From Nostoc sp. (GTDB lineage: Bacteria > Cyanobacteriota > Cyanobacteriia > Cyanobacteriales > Nostocaceae), in assembly GCA_036918135.1 (NCBI GenBank), contig JBALDB010000054.1, forward strand, positions 1-64,000: 64,000 nucleotides of DNA, written 5' to 3'. Positions within the stretch are counted from its first letter, which is position 1; each line of letters starts with the position of its first letter. This document shows, in pieces, positions 60,670-64,000 of the stretch. The position numbers and the translations under genes were made by a program. The notes beneath the pieces are model-generated. The model was not told the DNA's origin, made no database searches, and saw only the letters and a program-made list of their open reading frames with translations.

Positions 60670-63642
60670 CTAATGTATACCGCAAAATGGATCGCGTTCT
60701 TTATCAACTTCATTAGGTTGTAATTCTAATCCAGCAACATAAACGCATCCTTCTTGTTTGAGAGATTCTTGATTTGTGGATGTCCAATAAGGTACTTCAC
60801 CTGCGTGCATCCGTAAAATACCTTGATTGTCAAGAGTCACACGATATTGACAAGGGTAATCTGTTGTGATATCTGGTTTACTAAGTGCGCCAATTCGTAT
60901 CCATTTTTTCATTTGGGTTTTGGCGTCTGTTTGATAAATATAAAAGGTATGCTGGCCAGTTTTCGGAAAGGGAGGTAAGGGATTACTAATTAATCCGATT
61001 GCTGGTTGTGTGACACCATCGCGCAAATAATGAAATTTTTGACACAATTGAGCATCATTTCCAACTTCAAATACTAGATGATAAGCATCTGGTTGATCCA
61101 CAGTTGCAGACTCGATAACATTAACAGCAATATCACCATTACTTAAATCTTTATTGGGGCGTTCTACAGCAATATTCCACTTCAATTTTCCCTCTGAAAA
61201 TAGCACTGATGTCTCTGAAACTACTGCTCCTAAATCAATGCCGGGAATATTAATTAAATAATGGGGATTTCCTTGACAAAGCAACACCCTAAATTCGAGG
61301 CTTTGGTCAATTTCAAACTGAATTTTGATTTTTTTGATAAACTCTGCTTCTTGTATTCCTAATTTATTCATCAGGTTTTTGCCGTCGAAGCTACCCCAAA
61401 GTCGTAAATCTCCTTCTTCGTAATCTTGGCGGTAGATGATATTAGTTAATTGTATTCCTTGCCAAGGAGTACGAACTTTGGCGACAGTTTCCCAAGGAGC
61501 TAGTTGATAAAGTTCTTGACCGGCTCTGAAGATAGTCAATAAATCATTGCTTTGGGTTTTGCGCTTGAAGTTGCAGGGCAAATAATAAAACAAGTTTTTA
61601 ACATCAATTTCTAGCTGATTAGCTCCTTTACGCAATAAACTTTTAGATTCTTCGGGGTCGAATCTCAATCTTCGTAATTTTTCGGCATAGCAAGCACCAG
61701 CAGAGGTGGCTAATTTGGTAAATTCCAGAACAAAAGTAATCCGTTCTGGATTCCAGACAAAATATGGAGACTTGCTAAATTCTTGATAGATTTGGCGCTG
61801 TACTAAGTCAAGACTACAAGTTTTACCAGACAAAATTAACCAATCAACTTTTTGCGAATTCCAAGAATCGTTAGTGAGATTATCGGGACGCAAACGGCTT
61901 TCCATCAATCCTTTAGCAATCCCGATCGCTTCTTTAATTCCGGAAACGGCGGCTCGTTCAAATTGCTGATTGTCTAAGGTAACACAGATGTTATTTGGGT
62001 CTTTGACTTGCAATTTAACGGCGCTTTGGCTAATGAGTTCGGAAATTTCTTGTTCGGAAAGTGTAAAGGTTAATAGAAAATCATCAGTCGGTGGTTTTTG
62101 CCCAAGTTTCAGTTTAGCTGCTTCTGCATAATCCCACAGAAGATAAAATGTTTGTAGGCGTTGCGGTGCTTGTTGCCAACGAGTGGGCAATACTTTTTCG
62201 GCAATATCTAAAGCATCTTTATAAGCCAGATCGCCTTCTGGATTTTCCTTATCTAGACATTTTAAAAGACTGCCATTTTTAAATTTGCCTTGTTCTAAAA
62301 AACGCTCGTTTAATTCAGAGTTAATTAAATCTTCTAGTTTTTCGCTTTCGATGTCACCTGTACTAACTGCTGTTAATAAAAAATCAGCGATCGCCACTTT
62401 CAGAAGTCGAAATATTCGCAGTGTAATTAATTCACCACCTAACTGTAAATGACCAGATGAACCTAATAGTTTGGGAGTCAGTTTATAATAACGTCCTCCC
62501 AAACCTCGGTCTTCATGACCAGCAAAAGCCGGGGTTTCATCTGACAAAGTTAACTCAATCAAAGCTAAGTCTGTGGTACCGCCGCCGATATCTAAAACGA
62601 GGACATTTTGCGACCATTTATTTCCAGTTTGACGACAACGAGTTTTAAATGATTCAATACCAATATTTAAATTACCGCCAAATTCTCGCCACAAAAAGAA
62701 TATCGCCACAGAAACAGCTTCATCATAAGCAGTTTGGACATCATCAATCGCCAACTGCTCAACTAATTCTTTAACTTCCTTGCGAACAACAGGCGGAGCG
62801 ACTGTTGGGTAGGTAACAACTGCTGTTAACAAATTCCCTTCTGAAAACCTGCGTTGTGCTCGTTGGCGGTAGTCTTCAGTTAACTTTATCAAATGTGCCC
62901 AAGCAGATTGAATTAGTTGTTTGGCGGTAATTGTTTCTTCCTGACCATCCAAAATAACTGAAAACGATCGCTCCTGACCAAAATAGCGTTTGGGTGAATG
63001 ATGAAACCTACTAATAATTTCCTTTAAAGTACCGCTTGTACCTTGGGCGATCGCTTTTTTTCTATTATCTCTAGCTTCCCTACCCATCCGCAGTTGCAAT
63101 TCGGGTAAATGAGAAATTTCTGACTCACTTGGAATTTCTGTTTCACGGCGGTCGATATCTAACACAACTGGAATCAGATTTTGCGATTCTAAAGTAGGAA
63201 CCCGGAACACCTCATGATAGATTTGATAGAGTTTTTTGCTGACAGCCCGACGAAATCTTTCACTATTTCCTAAACAAAGTTCAATCTGGCGAATCGCTTC
63301 TAAAAATCGCTCTTTGTTATCAGTTTCAAAAACTTCACTTAATTTTCTTGGTTCTATTTCCAGGTTTTTGCTTATTTCTAGAATAAACTTTTCCCAATCC
63401 TCATTACTAACATCTGGTAAAGCTACAGCAGCAGGAGAACTGAGCCATTGCGACAAGCGATCGCGCAATCGCATTTCTTGTTCTTTGGGTAAAATTTCGG
63501 CAATCGGTACTTCGATGGGATCGAAAAGTGTGACTGTAGAATTTGACGTACCAAAATCTAATGCAAACCATCCCGGAAATCTTTTTTGTTGTTTCTCGTT
63601 TGGTTGTTGTTCAGTATAGTTGTTCAATTGAAAAAGGTTCAT
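60670..63642 (-). CDS. Atypical Hsp70/actin-fold ATPase (990 aa)
   Basis: FALDFGTSNS, VVTYPT, YDEAVSVA, VLDIGGGTTDLA, GHLQLGGE, AEAAKLKL, LILSGKT; large inserts; non-DnaK C-terminus. Confidence 0.85.
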   Translation of the reverse strand: MNLFQLNNYTEQQPNEKQQKRFPGWFALDFGTSNSTVTLFDPIEVPIAEILPKEQEMRLRDRLSQWLSSPAAVALPDVSNEDWEKFILEISKNLEIEPRKLSEVFETDNKERFLEAIRQIELCLGNSERFRRAVSKKLYQIYHEVFRVPTLESQNLIPVVLDIDRRETEIPSESEISHLPELQLRMGREARDNRKKAIAQGTSGTLKEIISRFHHSPKRYFGQERSFSVILDGQEETITAKQLIQSAWAHLIKLTEDYRQRAQRRFSEGNLLTAVVTYPTVAPPVVRKEVKELVEQLAIDDVQTAYDEAVSVAIFFLWREFGGNLNIGIESFKTRCRQTGNKWSQNVLVLDIGGGTTDLALIELTLSDETPAFAGHEDRGLGGRYYKLTPKLLGSSGHLQLGGELITLRIFRLLKVAIADFLLTAVSTGDIESEKLEDLINSELNERFLEQGKFKNGSLLKCLDKENPEGDLAYKDALDIAEKVLPTRWQQAPQRLQTFYLLWDYAEAAKLKLGQKPPTDDFLLTFTLSEQEISELISQSAVKLQVKDPNNICVTLDNQQFERAAVSGIKEAIGIAKGLMESRLRPDNLTNDSWNSQKVDWLILSGKTCSLDLVQRQIYQEFSKSPYFVWNPERITFVLEFTKLATSAGACYAEKLRRLRFDPEESKSLLRKGANQLEIDVKNLFYYLPCNFKRKTQSNDLLTIFRAGQELYQLAPWETVAKVRTPWQGIQLTNIIYRQDYEEGDLRLWGSFDGKNLMNKLGIQEAEFIKKIKIQFEIDQSLEFRVLLCQGNPHYLINIPGIDLGAVVSETSVLFSEGKLKWNIAVERPNKDLSNGDIAVNVIESATVDQPDAYHLVFEVGNDAQLCQKFHYLRDGVTQPAIGLISNPLPPFPKTGQHTFYIYQTDAKTQMKKWIRIGALSKPDITTDYPCQYRVTLDNQGILRMHAGEVPYWTSTNQESLKQEGCVYVAGLELQPNEVDKERDPFCGIH

Positions 63643-63763
63643 TTTTGTATAAAATTGTTCTGTTGAACGCTAACTTTGTTATTTAGGGCGTAATCGTAGC
63701 CCAATCTAGTATAGGGGTGCAAAAACAAACTACCCATCCCAAATCTATGAAACTTTTTACACG

Positions 63764-64000
63764 TCAAACATCTAAATAAGAAACGGCGGCAATGTCTGAA
63801 AGAATCTGCAACCAAGTAGGAACTGCTATCTCAGATGGTAAGTCACCAGCCGTTAAATACCTCAGTAATGCTTCTTTTTTAGAAAGGTTTTGTAGACTCG
63901 GAATAATTCGATCCAAAATGCCTTCTAGTTCAAAATTAATTTGCTGATTTACTTCACTAACATACTGCACAAGATGAAGGCTGGCGCTAGTAGTAATTTC
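63764..64000 (-). CDS. 3' end of the upstream gene of the Hsp70-like cluster (partial)
   Basis: Frame is open to the window edge (..EITTSASLHLVQYVSEVNQQINFELEG..); same strand as the Hsp70-like gene. Confidence 0.6.
   Translation of the reverse strand, partial: EITTSASLHLVQYVSEVNQQINFELEGILDRIIPSLQNLSKKEALLRYLTAGDLPSEIAVPTWLQILSDIAAVSYLDV

Noticed and set aside
1..64000. High frequency of GCGATCGC; tRNA/rRNA genes
   Set aside because: GCGATCGC is the well-known cyanobacterial HIP1 octamer, not novel; no tRNA or rRNA gene was recognised.

Overview
This is a 64 kb chromosomal window from a filamentous cyanobacterium of Nostocales type. The HIP1 octamer GCGATCGC is frequent, and STRR heptamer repeats, MITEs and an hli gene with an HLR1 box are present. 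0-8 kb: an intact IS982 element, then a decaying oxidoreductase island (AraC, SDR, NmrA, 3-hydroxyisobutyrate-dehydrogenase-like, MarR) with several pseudogene scraps and a plasmid Rep remnant. 8.5-28 kb: an accessory signalling/secretion locus (TPR-CHAT, filamentous-haemagglutinin-like protein, Gly-rich RTX-like protein, DUF928, CHAT-CHASE2, DUF1822 pseudogene, PEP-CTERM) plus plasmid-backbone remnants. Inside it are three related 21-bp tandem-repeat arrays with shared flanks, one directly upstream of an uncharacterised 124-aa helical protein with a basic tail. This array-plus-small-gene module is the best candidate for an undescribed system. 28-58 kb: mostly ordinary genes (ABC-2 exporter, uppS, a non-canonical phytochrome-response regulator-hybrid kinase cluster, truB, rlmB, mini-III, STAS, carA, trpD, clpP, orphan adenine methyltransferase, hli). 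58.5-64 kb: part of an atypical Hsp70-like/GrpE-like cluster cut by the window edge. All family assignments come from motif recognition by eye; no database searches were run.
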